From positions 640,001 through 704,000 of the forward strand of contig CAWFFN010000008.1 of the NCBI GenBank assembly GCA_963815115.1: DNA of 64,000 bases, read 5' to 3'. This DNA comes from an uncultured delta proteobacterium (lineage in GTDB: Bacteria > Desulfobacterota > Binatia > DP-6). This document shows positions 20,184 through 29,488 of the stretch, in pieces (within the stretch, counting starts at the first letter, position 1; the number at the start of each line of letters is the position of its first letter). The notes beneath the pieces are model-generated. The model saw nothing but the letters and a program-made list of their open reading frames with translations, was not told the origin of the DNA and did no database searches. Made by a program: the position numbers and the translations under genes.

Positions 20184-21002
20184 ATGAGTGCGAGCCGGGA
20201 GCGCGGGCTCCACACGGCCGCCGGCCGACCCATCAACTGCTCCGCTTATGAGCGGTACATCGGTCGGTGGTCTCGTCTCTTCGTACCCTCGCTCCTCGCG
20301 GCTGCCGAGGTAGCGCACGGATACCGGGTGCTCGACCTCGCCACGGGACCGGGCGAGGCGGCCCTCGAGGCGCTGTCCACCGTCGGACGCTCGGGAGCCG
20401 TCGTCGGGGCCGACATCTCGCCGTCCATGCTCGCGGCAGCCCGCGCTCGACTGTCGGGCGCGTTTCGACCCGTGGTCACGGACGGCCAGGCCCTGGCGCT
20501 CCGCGATGCCAGCTTCGACGCCGTCGTCTGCCAGCTCGGGCTGATGTTCTTCACCGACCCCGGGCGAGGCCTCGCAGAGGTCCGGCGCGTGCTCCGTCCG
20601 GGCCGGTGTGCCGCGGTGTGCGTCATCTCCACGCCGGACCGGGCGCCGATGTGGGGCGTCCTCGCAGAGACCCTCGGCCACTACCTTCCCGAGCATCGCG
20701 AGGCGCTGCACCTCTCGTTCGTCCTGGCAAACGCCGACAGGCTCGAAGCGATGTTTCGAGCGGCAGGCTTTCGCGAGGCGCAGGTGAGACGAGAGACGCG
20801 TGACGGTGTCGTCGACTCGTTCGACGACTACTGGGCCCCCATCGAGGAAGGGACCGGGCAGATGCCGCAGATCTATCTGACGCTCCCCGAACCGAGCCGA
20901 CGAGCGGTACGTGAAGAGGTGCGCGCGGGCCTGGCACGGTTCGAGTCGGAGGGACGGCTGGTGATGGGCGTGGAGATGCTGATCGCGAGCGGCAGGGCGT
21001 AG
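20184..21002 (+). CDS. Class I SAM-dependent methyltransferase
   Basis: Motifs VLDLATGPG, GADIS, FDAVVCQLGLMFF, RVLRPGG-like. Confidence 0.88.
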   Translation: MSASRERGLHTAAGRPINCSAYERYIGRWSRLFVPSLLAAAEVAHGYRVLDLATGPGEAALEALSTVGRSGAVVGADISPSMLAAARARLSGAFRPVVTDGQALALRDASFDAVVCQLGLMFFTDPGRGLAEVRRVLRPGRCAAVCVISTPDRAPMWGVLAETLGHYLPEHREALHLSFVLANADRLEAMFRAAGFREAQVRRETRDGVVDSFDDYWAPIEEGTGQMPQIYLTLPEPSRRAVREEVRAGLARFESEGRLVMGVEMLIASGRA

Positions 21003-21008
21003 GCGCGC

Positions 21009-21493
21009 TCAGCTACCGCGCCGGGCGCGCAGGAAGCGCTCGTCGTCCGCAGCAGCTGATCCCGCTTCAGGTCCCACTCCCACGGCCCCCGCGTGGTCTC
21101 GTCGAAGTCGTCGATGTCGAAGACGAGGTGGCCGTCGGGCGCTGCGAAGGCGCCCAGGTTGCGGACGTGCGCGTCGCCGCAGATCTGCACCGCGAGGCCG
21201 GTCACCGGCAGCGTCGCCAGGTCGGCCGCCATGATCGGCGCCGCGCCGCGGAAGAATCCGAACGGCGACGCCGCCATCCGCCCGTGCTTGATCGGCAGCA
21301 GCGCCGTGAGACGGCCCTGCTCGGCGCGCTCGATGGTCTCGACCGGATCGGCGCGCCCCGGGTCGGGCTGCCAGGCGCCCTGGGTCTGACGCGGCACCCG
21401 CTTGCGCAGCGCGCGCCCGCGGGCGCGGCGTTCCTCGAGCGACGCGTGATGGCGCGGGGCGATGAGACGCACGGTCCGCTCCCGGGGCGCCAC
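21009..21493 (-). pseudogene. DUF2252 family gene with a large internal deletion
   Basis: N-terminal DUF2252 motifs (RMAASPFGFFRG, CGDAHVRNLG, VFDIDDFDET...WEWDLKR) stop abruptly at about 21062, then a short C-terminal-like piece follows (DQ../DDERFLRARRGS*). Confidence 0.75.
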
Positions 21494-21627
21494 GACCCTG
21501 GTCAGCTACTACACCACCGGCAACGGGGCGAGCGAGGCGCAACCGTTGATCTCGGCGAGCGCACTGACATACAGCAACGAGGCGCCGGGCTCATCCCGGG
21601 GGGCGCAAAGGGACGGACGGGGCCGCG

Positions 21628-23292
21628 ATGCTCGACCTGGTACTGCGTGGCGGAACGGTGTGCGACGGGAGCGGCGCACCCGCGCAGACTGCCGACGTCG
21701 CGATCGAGGGCGGGCGCGTCGTGGCGGTCGGGCGCGTCGCCGAGGCGGCACGGCGCGTCGTCGACGTCGCCGGCCTGGTGGTCGCGCCGGGCTTCGTCGA
21801 CGTCCACACGCACTACGACGCCCAGGTCACGTGGGACGGGCTGTGCACACCGTCGTGCTGGCATGGGGTCACCACGGTCGTGCTCGGCAACTGCGGCTTC
21901 GCGCTCGCGCCGTGCCGGGCGGGCGATCGGGATCGCCTGCTCCGCATGCTCGAGTACGTCGAGGGCATGCCGCTGGAGAGCCTGCGGGCGGGCGTGCGCT
22001 GGAGCTGGGAGACGGTGCCCGACTACCTGGCCATGTTGCGCGCGGCGCGACTCGGGCCGAACGTTGGCGTGCTGGCCGGCCACTCGGCGCTGCGCGTGTT
22101 CGTCATGGGCGAAGCGGCCTACGACCGGGCCGCCACCGACGAGGAGATCGCCCGCATGCAGGCGATCGTGCGCGAGGCCATGGCGGCGGGTGCGCTCGGC
22201 TTCGCGACCTCGCGTTCCGCGGGTCACGTCGGGGAAGGCGGGCGTCCCGTGCCCAGCCGGCTCGCGACGCACGACGAGCTGCGCGCGCTCGCCGGCGCGA
22301 TGGCGAGCGGCGGCCGCGGGGTGCTGGAGATCACGCCCGAGACCTTCCCGATCGCCGAGCACGAGCTCTCGTTCCTGCAGGACCTCGCCGTCGAGAGCGG
22401 ACGCGCGGTGTCCTTCAGCGCCATCCTGGACCTGCCCGAACGCGACGGCGTCTGGGAGCCGGTCTGGGCGCGCGTTCGCGCGGGCCACGCGTGCGGCGCT
22501 CGCGTCGTTCCGCAGGTGTCGTGCCGGCCGATGCGTTTCGAGTTCGATCTCGTGACGGGCTGCGCCTCGCTCGACGCCCTGCCCGCCTGGAAGCGCTTCC
22601 GCGAAGTGCGCGATCACGCCGCGGTGCTCGCCGATCCCGGGTTCCGGGCCACGGTCAAGGACCAGACGCTCGGCCGGCCCGATACGCCGTCGAGCAAGCG
22701 CTGGGCGACCGTCGTGGTGGAGGAGGTGCGAGACCCGGCTCATGTCCGGTTCGCCGGCAGGACGCTCGCGGACGTCGCCGCGGCACGCGGCGGAGACGTC
22801 ATCGACGCGCTCTTCGATCTCGCACTCGCGGACGACCTCGCGACGCGTTTCTCGATGCTGCTGCTCAACTACGACGACGAGCGGGTCGCCGATCTGCTGC
22901 GGCAGCCGGAAGGCCTGATCGCGCTCTCCGACGCTGGCGCGCACGTCTCCGTTCTGTGCGACGCCGGCTACGCGACGCACCTGCTCGGGTACTGGGTGCG
23001 CGAGCGCGGCCTCCTCCCGCTTGAGCAGGCGATCCACAGGCTCACCGCGATGCCCGCGGACGTCTACGGCATCCCCGATCGCGGCCGTCTCGTGCCCGGC
23101 GCCGCCGCGGACGTCACGTGCTTCGACCCGGCACGGATCGGCTCGCGGGCGCCGGAGCGCGTGACCGACTTCCCGGCCGGTGCGCGGCGCTGGATCGTGC
23201 GCGCCGACGGGATCGCCCACGTCCTCGTCGGCGGCGTGCCGTTCATCGAGAGCGGGGAGCTGACGGGGAGCCGTCCCGGCCAGGTGATCTGA
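21628..23292 (+). CDS. Amidohydrolase, N-acyl-D-amino-acid deacylase family
   Basis: Motifs PGFVDVHTHYD, GNCG, SDAGAHV, DRGRLVPGAAADV. Confidence 0.92.
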   Translation: MLDLVLRGGTVCDGSGAPAQTADVAIEGGRVVAVGRVAEAARRVVDVAGLVVAPGFVDVHTHYDAQVTWDGLCTPSCWHGVTTVVLGNCGFALAPCRAGDRDRLLRMLEYVEGMPLESLRAGVRWSWETVPDYLAMLRAARLGPNVGVLAGHSALRVFVMGEAAYDRAATDEEIARMQAIVREAMAAGALGFATSRSAGHVGEGGRPVPSRLATHDELRALAGAMASGGRGVLEITPETFPIAEHELSFLQDLAVESGRAVSFSAILDLPERDGVWEPVWARVRAGHACGARVVPQVSCRPMRFEFDLVTGCASLDALPAWKRFREVRDHAAVLADPGFRATVKDQTLGRPDTPSSKRWATVVVEEVRDPAHVRFAGRTLADVAAARGGDVIDALFDLALADDLATRFSMLLLNYDDERVADLLRQPEGLIALSDAGAHVSVLCDAGYATHLLGYWVRERGLLPLEQAIHRLTAMPADVYGIPDRGRLVPGAAADVTCFDPARIGSRAPERVTDFPAGARRWIVRADGIAHVLVGGVPFIESGELTGSRPGQVI

Positions 23293-23515
23293 GACACGGA
23301 CCCGTGCCGCCACGGGCGATCGATCGAGGTCCGCGATTTCCCTTCGAGCCCGGCGCCATTCTCGAGCAGATGAACGCCTGGCGCCGCCGCCTGGCGAACG
23401 GCGGCGGCACCAGCTTCGACGGACGATGGGCAGAGACCGCCGAGCCCGGGCGCCCAGGACCTCGGGCCTCGATTTCGTCTGGATTTCGACACCTCATGCG
23501 TTCTAGTATCGCCCT

Positions 23516-25264
23516 ATGCAACCTTCTGCTGACTCTCTGCAGGACCGCCTCCTCCGCGTTCTTCGGAAGTATGTTGGTTTGAGAGTCATCTCCCTAATAT
23601 GTTTGATCGGAGTGCTCGGACTTGTCGTCACCTTCGTCACTTTCTCGGAGCAGAGGCAGGCATCGGTGGGCACCTACCTGCTCCACGAGCTCGGCAAGGC
23701 CCTGTTCCTGACCGCCCTGGTCTCCTTTGGAGTCAATGCTCTGATCGCCCGTCAATCCGCCGCCCTGAAGCAGGAAGAGCTCGCGCGGCAGGAGCACGAG
23801 ACCAACGCCCACTTCAATCAGCTCACGGTCGGCATCGATGCCCTGCAAGAGCGGGTCATGTCGCAGACGACCCAGCTCGTCGAATCGGTCTCGTCCCTCG
23901 AGGCACTCCGCGAGGCCGGCGTGCAGAAGGTCTATTCTACCCGGGACGATGCCGCCGCCGATCTCCGGGCGGCGCTGGACGACCGCAACGCCACGTCGAT
24001 CAAGATCATCGGCATCTCGCTGAATGATTTCCTGCGAGACGAGCGCCCGCAGCTTCGCTCTCTCTGGCAGGCGATCAAGACCCGACTCCTCGATGCCGCC
24101 GACAACGGCGGCGTGACCCCGAAGGTGCAGATCCTGCTGATCGACCCCCGGTCTCGAGGAGCGTTCCTGCGCGCCGAAGCCGAGCAGGAGCGCGACAAGG
24201 ATTCCACTCGGCTCTACGAGGACGTCACCGTCGCGGTCGATCTCCTGAACAAACTGCGGCGCCGTCTCGCAGAAAGTCCTTCCAGCATCGCATCGCTCGA
24301 GGTCAGGCTCTACCGGACTGCGCCGATCCTCTATCTCGTACGGACGTCAGCAGTCTCGTTCCTGCAGCAATACTACTTCCGGCCAACCCATCTGCAATCG
24401 ATTCCGATTCCAGTCTTCCGCGCCGGAGCGCGGGCGGCCCATCACGGCAACGGATCCTCGCTACACGACGAGCTCGGCTTCCACTTCGATTGGATATGGA
24501 AGCACGCGTCGATCGGGCTCGACGACTACCTGGACGGCGAATGTCACGGACACGATCACACGGCCCATCGCGCTCGGATTCGCAACATCTACTACGATGC
24601 CGGCACCAGCCGGAAACGCATTCTTCATCTGATCAGGGACCCCTCGAACAGGCGGATCTGGATCAAGGGAATCTCGCTGCGGTCATTTTTCCGCCCGGAC
24701 AGCGAGCTGTGCGCTGCGATCATCGAGGCCTGCCGCCGGCGAAAGACCGACGTCCGGATACTGGTCATCGATCCCGATTCGGAGCAGGCCAAGCTACGCT
24801 CGTTTCGTGAGCACCTGATCCACGCGCCACGGGGAGCGAGACTGGAAGGCTTCACGCCACACGACCGGGAGCACCAGCGACTGTACAAGGAGACTCAGGA
24901 AACCATCGAGCAGATCCAGTTCTTGTGCGGGGAGCTAGCAAAACTAAGCATCCCCGCAAGCTTCAGAGCGCAGGCGTTTTCGTCGGCGCCGGAAGCTTTC
25001 GTCTTCCTGACCGACACGGCCGCGATCGTCGAGCAGTACCACTACGGCAAGATTGGACGGGAAGATGGGGACGTCCTCGGTGTTCTCGGCGGCGACGTCC
25101 CCGTAGTCGAGTACGAGGCCTTTGGCGCATCGCACGTCCAGGATCCGTACAGAATCTTCGAGGACCACTTCAAGTTCGTCTACGACCACTGCAGCAGGAA
25201 GATCGCCGAGTGCCCCTCCCGTGAGACCGAGAAGTTCGGGGAAGCAGCCTCGGCGGTGTCATAG
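23516..25264 (+). CDS. Membrane protein with two N-terminal TMs, a coiled coil and two tandem DUF5919/PLD-like domains
   Basis: Internal duplication: IKIIGISLNDFL...VQILLIDPRS...QQY...FHFDWIW versus IWIKGISLRSFF...VRILVIDPDS...EQY...DHFKFVY. More AT-rich than its neighbours. Confidence 0.7.
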   Translation: MQPSADSLQDRLLRVLRKYVGLRVISLICLIGVLGLVVTFVTFSEQRQASVGTYLLHELGKALFLTALVSFGVNALIARQSAALKQEELARQEHETNAHFNQLTVGIDALQERVMSQTTQLVESVSSLEALREAGVQKVYSTRDDAAADLRAALDDRNATSIKIIGISLNDFLRDERPQLRSLWQAIKTRLLDAADNGGVTPKVQILLIDPRSRGAFLRAEAEQERDKDSTRLYEDVTVAVDLLNKLRRRLAESPSSIASLEVRLYRTAPILYLVRTSAVSFLQQYYFRPTHLQSIPIPVFRAGARAAHHGNGSSLHDELGFHFDWIWKHASIGLDDYLDGECHGHDHTAHRARIRNIYYDAGTSRKRILHLIRDPSNRRIWIKGISLRSFFRPDSELCAAIIEACRRRKTDVRILVIDPDSEQAKLRSFREHLIHAPRGARLEGFTPHDREHQRLYKETQETIEQIQFLCGELAKLSIPASFRAQAFSSAPEAFVFLTDTAAIVEQYHYGKIGREDGDVLGVLGGDVPVVEYEAFGASHVQDPYRIFEDHFKFVYDHCSRKIAECPSRETEKFGEAASAVS

Positions 25265-25453
25265 ATCGGGCAGGACTGGGGTCGCGTGCCGGGCTCGTTC
25301 CAGGCATGGCGATCGCCTCGAGGGAGATCTCCAGCCGGCCGGGAGGCTTGCGGCCGTCCTTCGTCCTCGACCTGCTTCGCGCGGCATTGCCACTGCAGCG
25401 GATCGAGGCGGACGATGGCCGCGACCTCCATGACGACGGAGCGCCGGCGCCCC

Positions 25454-25990
25454 TCAGAGTCTCATCATCGGCAAGGGACTGAAGGGATGCGACCGCCACC
25501 GCTGGAGTGACAGCTGAACAAGGCGCTGGTGAAAGCCGGCGTTCGGCCACTCCGAAAAGATCTCGCGCAGCACCCGCCGCTCGAGCCCGAACGTGATCAG
25601 CCCCCTCGAGACGTCCACCCAATCCGCACGGCGAAACGACTCGATGAGCGAGTGCCGATCGCGCCGGCGTGGCGAGATCCCGTGGTGCTCGAGGATCATC
25701 GCCGAGATGTCGGACGTCCACTCCGAGCTGCCGCGGCGAAGAAGGTGGGCGCTCGCCAATCGGACGGACGGATCCAGGTAGTCGAAGGTCCGGTCGGTCC
25801 AGATCCCCACGTCGTGAAACGCCGCAGCGATTGCGATCTTCTCGAGCTGCTCCTCGTTCGGGGAACACAGGGCGACGCACAGATTCGCCACCCGGTAGGC
25901 GTGATTCCTGTAGCCAGGAAGATCGTGACCGATCTCCTCGGCGTGGTCCTGCAACAGCCGCTCGAGAGTGGCGATCTCGGTGAGCAGCAT
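25454..25990 (-). CDS. HD-domain phosphohydrolase-like protein
   Basis: Motifs YRNHAYRV, AAAFHDVGIWT, EHH, ADWVD. Confidence 0.82.
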   Translation of the reverse strand: MLLTEIATLERLLQDHAEEIGHDLPGYRNHAYRVANLCVALCSPNEEQLEKIAIAAAFHDVGIWTDRTFDYLDPSVRLASAHLLRRGSSEWTSDISAMILEHHGISPRRRDRHSLIESFRRADWVDVSRGLITFGLERRVLREIFSEWPNAGFHQRLVQLSLQRWRSHPFSPLPMMRL

Positions 25991-26145
25991 GCGTCAGCTC
26001 CGAGACGGCCCCGGCGTCAGGCGGGAACCCCCTGCGGTCCGGGTCGCCGGAGCCTTGTCCAGAGCGATCCGCCCTGCAACGGTCGGCAGGAAGGGCGAGC
26101 CGGCTTTCGAGCAGCAGGCGGCCGAGCGCGCGCCGGTCGCCGACA

Positions 26146-26862
26146 TCACCGATCGAGCAGCGCGTCGTATCCTTCGGCCATTCCGGTATGCGCGAGGACG
26201 CTCCAGCGGAACGCCCGCCGCACGCGTGCCTGCTGCTCGGCGGTGCGGGCGAACCACTCGACCGCCGTCATCGCGTTCTCGCCGTGCTCTTCCTCGGCCT
26301 CGACGTGAACGGCGTAGAACTCGAGCGTCCGATCGTCGAGGGAGTAGTTCTTCCGGAGCGCGTTGTAGATCACGTCCGCGCCCACGGGACGGCCGGGCAC
26401 CTGCATCTCGACGGCGAGGCCGAAGGCGCCGAGCCCTTCCTCGAACGACGAGCGGCAGAAGAATCCGACCGCGGCGGCCGCGCCGAGCGTCGAGGGAAGC
26501 GGCAGATGCGCGCGTGCCTCGTCGAGCGAGATGCCGAGCCCGTCCAGGAGCTGCTCGTAGAGATCGACGTGCGCCCTCTCCTTGATGTAGCCCAGCTCAC
26601 CGGCCAGGTTGCGCGCGATGGCGCGGAAGATCGTCCGGTCGGGAACGATCGGAGCCAGCGCCAGCCATGCCGCGATGTTCGGGGTCGCCGCCGCCGTGTA
26701 GTAGTAGGCATCCTTGGCCCAGCGATGGAGCTCCGCCGTCGAGCACCTGCCCGCGAGCAGCCGCTGCATGAACACCGCCTTCGGCGCGTGGTCGCGCTTG
26801 AAGGCGAAGCACTCCTCGACGAACTGCTGCGGCGTCAACGCGCGCTCCGGACTCGGCCCCAT
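26146..26862 (-). CDS. Heme-oxygenase-like diiron (PqqC/TenA/CADD-like) enzyme
   Basis: Motifs NLAGE...HVDLY, AVE, HVEAEEEHG. Confidence 0.78.
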   Translation of the reverse strand: MGPSPERALTPQQFVEECFAFKRDHAPKAVFMQRLLAGRCSTAELHRWAKDAYYYTAAATPNIAAWLALAPIVPDRTIFRAIARNLAGELGYIKERAHVDLYEQLLDGLGISLDEARAHLPLPSTLGAAAAVGFFCRSSFEEGLGAFGLAVEMQVPGRPVGADVIYNALRKNYSLDDRTLEFYAVHVEAEEEHGENAMTAVEWFARTAEQQARVRRAFRWSVLAHTGMAEGYDALLDR

Positions 26863-26894
26863 CGTGCGTCCTCCTCGCTCGAAGATGGTGGCGG

Positions 26895-26906
26895 CGACTA
26901 TAGTGC
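26895..26906. promoter_or_regulatory. CGACTATAGTGC motif (palindromic -10-like element), copy 1
   Basis: Lies between divergent genes. An identical 12-mer occurs at 27731-27742. Confidence 0.5.
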
Positions 26907-26933
26907 AGCCGGTGACATCGGGTCCATGACCAG

Positions 26934-27686
26934 ATGACGACGTCCTCCTACGACCTGATCGGCCGCGGCTACGACCAGCATCGCCGCCCCGACCGCCGCA
27001 TCGCGGCGTGCATCCTCGCGGCCCTCGGTGACGCCGGGTCCGTCGTCAACGTCGGTGCGGGCACGGGGTCGTACGAGCCCCGGGACCGCCTCGTCGCCGC
27101 CGTCGAGCCGTCGGGGGTCATGATCGCGCAGCGGCCATCCGATGCGGCGCCGGTGGTGCGCGGCAGCGCCGAGGCGCTCCCGTTCGGGAACGGCGCCTTC
27201 GACGCCGCCACCGCCTTGCTGACGGTGCACCACTGGGCGGACTTCCGGCGTGGCCTCGCAGAGATGCGCCGCGTGGCGCGCCGCCGCGTGGTCGTGTTGA
27301 CCTGGGATCGCGATGGATTCGGTGACGGCTTCTGGCTCGCGCGCGACTACCTCCCCGAGGTGCGCGAGGCCGAGCAGGGTCTCGCCACGTTGCACGAGAT
27401 CGTCGCGGCCCTGGGGACGTGCAGCATCCAGCCCGTCCCGGTGCCGCACGACTGCACCGACGGCTTCTTCGGCGCGTTCTGGCGGCGGCCGGAGGCCTAT
27501 CTCGACGCGGGCGTGCGGGCCTCGATCTCGGCCCTCGCCCGTCTCGGCGAGGCCAGCGTCCGCCCGGCGATCGAGCGGCTCGCGGGCGACCTCGCCTCGG
27601 GCGCGTGGGAGCGGCGCTACGGGCACCTGCGCGTGCTCGAGGAGATCGACCTCGGCTACCGCCTCGTGGTGAGTTCCCGGCCGTGA
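26934..27686 (+). CDS. Class I SAM-dependent methyltransferase
   Basis: Motifs VNVGAGTGSYEP, AEALPF, TVHHW, DCTDGFFGAFWRRPEAYLD. Confidence 0.9.
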   Translation: MTTSSYDLIGRGYDQHRRPDRRIAACILAALGDAGSVVNVGAGTGSYEPRDRLVAAVEPSGVMIAQRPSDAAPVVRGSAEALPFGNGAFDAATALLTVHHWADFRRGLAEMRRVARRRVVVLTWDRDGFGDGFWLARDYLPEVREAEQGLATLHEIVAALGTCSIQPVPVPHDCTDGFFGAFWRRPEAYLDAGVRASISALARLGEASVRPAIERLAGDLASGAWERRYGHLRVLEEIDLGYRLVVSSRP

Positions 27687-27730
27687 CGATGTGCCGGGTC
27701 GCGGTGCGCCTTGTTGCGGCGGCACGCCGC

Positions 27731-27742
27731 CGACTATAGTGC
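27731..27742 (+). promoter_or_regulatory. CGACTATAGTGC motif, copy 2
   Basis: Ends 20 nt upstream of the ATG at 27763. Confidence 0.5.
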
Positions 27743-27762
27743 CTGCTGCCCGCGTGGCCGCC

Positions 27763-28263
27763 ATGCATCGCTGGAACCACGTCAACTACGCCATCCCGCC
27801 GGAGCGCATGCCGCTCGTCGAGCAGTGCATCGACGCGGTCTTCCCCTGGGAGAAGTTCGTCGCCAAGCCCTATCTCCTGGGCTACCGCTTCACGGACGAT
27901 CTGAACGAGGGCGCGCTCTACTTCCGCCCCGTCCCGGAAGCCGGCGTGATCGAAGACGCGCTGCAGCGGCTGCGAACCCAGGACGCGGCGCTCGACGGCG
28001 CGCTCGCGCGGCTCGAGCACATCGAGGCCGACTGGGCCGACCACACCGGGTTCATGGTCGAGAGCGTGGCGGAGTGGGAGGAGCGCGTGGCGGCGATCGG
28101 GCGACTCGAGCACGAGCGACCCGAGTTCGCCGTGCGCATCGTCGACGTGCTGCGACCCGGCGACGGCCGCTCGCAGACGGACTATCTGCACCAGGCGTTC
28201 ATTCGCGTCGGGCTGCTCGGCCGGCTGCGCAACACCTTCGAGATGCAGGCCCGCCGGTCCTGA
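27763..28263 (+). CDS. Hypothetical protein, possibly a divergent VOC/glyoxalase fold
   Basis: Spacing NHV...DHTGF...TFEMQ resembles VOC metal ligands. Coupled to the next gene (TGATG). Confidence 0.6.
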   Translation: MHRWNHVNYAIPPERMPLVEQCIDAVFPWEKFVAKPYLLGYRFTDDLNEGALYFRPVPEAGVIEDALQRLRTQDAALDGALARLEHIEADWADHTGFMVESVAEWEERVAAIGRLEHERPEFAVRIVDVLRPGDGRSQTDYLHQAFIRVGLLGRLRNTFEMQARRS

Positions 28264-29156
28264 TGGAGTTCGGCGTCGTCCTGCCGACCTTCGGACCGCC
28301 GGCGCGCGGCGTGGCCCTGGCCTCGCGGCTGCGGGAGATCGCCGAGGCGGCCGACGAGCTGGGCTACCACGTGGTCTTCACGGCCGAGCACCTGATCTTT
28401 CCGCCGGAGATCCGTACGCCCTACCCGTACGGCGGCCGGTTCCCCTACCCGGTCGACGATCCCGTCCTCGATCCCCCGGCGACGCTGGCGTGGGTCGCCG
28501 CGCTGACGCGGCACGTCCGCCTCGGCGCCTCGGTGATGGTGCTGCCGTATCGCGAGCCGATCGCCCTCGCCAAGGCGCTCGCGACCATCGACGTGCTGTC
28601 GGGCGGCCGCCTCATGGTGGGCGTCGCCAGCGGCTGGCTGCGGGAGGAGTTCGAGCTCCTCGGCGTGCCGTTCCGCGAGCGCGGGGCGCGGACCGACGAG
28701 TACCTCGCCGCCCTGATCGCCCTGTGGACGGAGGAGCGGGTGACGTTCCACGGCCGCTGGGTCGAGCTGGAAGAGGCGGCCTTCTTTCCGAAGCCGATCC
28801 AGAAGCCGTACCCACCCATCTGGATCGGCGGGCGGAGCCCGGCTGCCTTCCGCCGCGTGGCGCGCTTCGGCGACGGTTGGCTCGCGGTGCCACGCACCCC
28901 GGACGAGCTCGCCGCCGACGTGAGTGCGATCCGTCGCGAGGCGGAGGCGGCGGGCCGCGACCCCGGGCGCATCGGCGTCGCCGCCAGCGGCGGGGCGCGC
29001 TCGGTCTCCGAGCTGCTCGACCGGATCCCGGCCCTCGAGCGCGCCGGGGCCACCATCGTCACCGTCCCGGCGATCTTCTGGGCGGCCGGCGTCCCCCAGG
29101 CAATCGAGCTGATGGACGAGTTTGCCGCCCGCGCCGGGCTCGGGCGCCGCGACTGA
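28263..29156 (+). CDS. LLM-class (probably F420-dependent) oxidoreductase
   Basis: Motifs AEHL, LAKALATIDVLSGGR, GWLREEF, PKPIQKPYPPIWIGG. Confidence 0.92.
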   Translation: MEFGVVLPTFGPPARGVALASRLREIAEAADELGYHVVFTAEHLIFPPEIRTPYPYGGRFPYPVDDPVLDPPATLAWVAALTRHVRLGASVMVLPYREPIALAKALATIDVLSGGRLMVGVASGWLREEFELLGVPFRERGARTDEYLAALIALWTEERVTFHGRWVELEEAAFFPKPIQKPYPPIWIGGRSPAAFRRVARFGDGWLAVPRTPDELAADVSAIRREAEAAGRDPGRIGVAASGGARSVSELLDRIPALERAGATIVTVPAIFWAAGVPQAIELMDEFAARAGLGRRD

Positions 29157-29170
29157 CACGGAGTATCGCC

Positions 29171-29488
29171 ATGGCCGCACGAGAAGGCTCATCCGTCATC
29201 GGAACCGCCGAGCTGTTCGAGAACGAGCGCGTGAAGGTGTGGGACTTCGTGCTCGAGCCCGGCGAGGCGGTCCCGCTGCACACGCACCGCCGCGACCACG
29301 TGATCGTCGTGCTCGAGGGCAGCGACCTCGAGGTGGAGTACGGCGACGGCCGCAGGCAAGCGTACTCTCCCAAGCCGGGCGACGTGCACTGGACCCGCGT
29401 CGACGGCGGTCCCGCCCACACCCACGATGCGCGCAACGTCGGCACGACACGCTATCGCAACCTGATCGTCGAGCTGAAGGAGCCGTGA
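29171..29488 (+). CDS. Cupin domain protein
   Basis: Motifs LFENERVKVW, LHTHRRDH, HDARNVG, VELK. Confidence 0.85.
   Translation: MAAREGSSVIGTAELFENERVKVWDFVLEPGEAVPLHTHRRDHVIVVLEGSDLEVEYGDGRRQAYSPKPGDVHWTRVDGGPAHTHDARNVGTTRYRNLIVELKEP

Noticed and set aside
26146-26862. PQQ biosynthesis (pqqC)
   Set aside because: No pqqA/B/D/E nearby, and only the general HDO-fold motifs are present.
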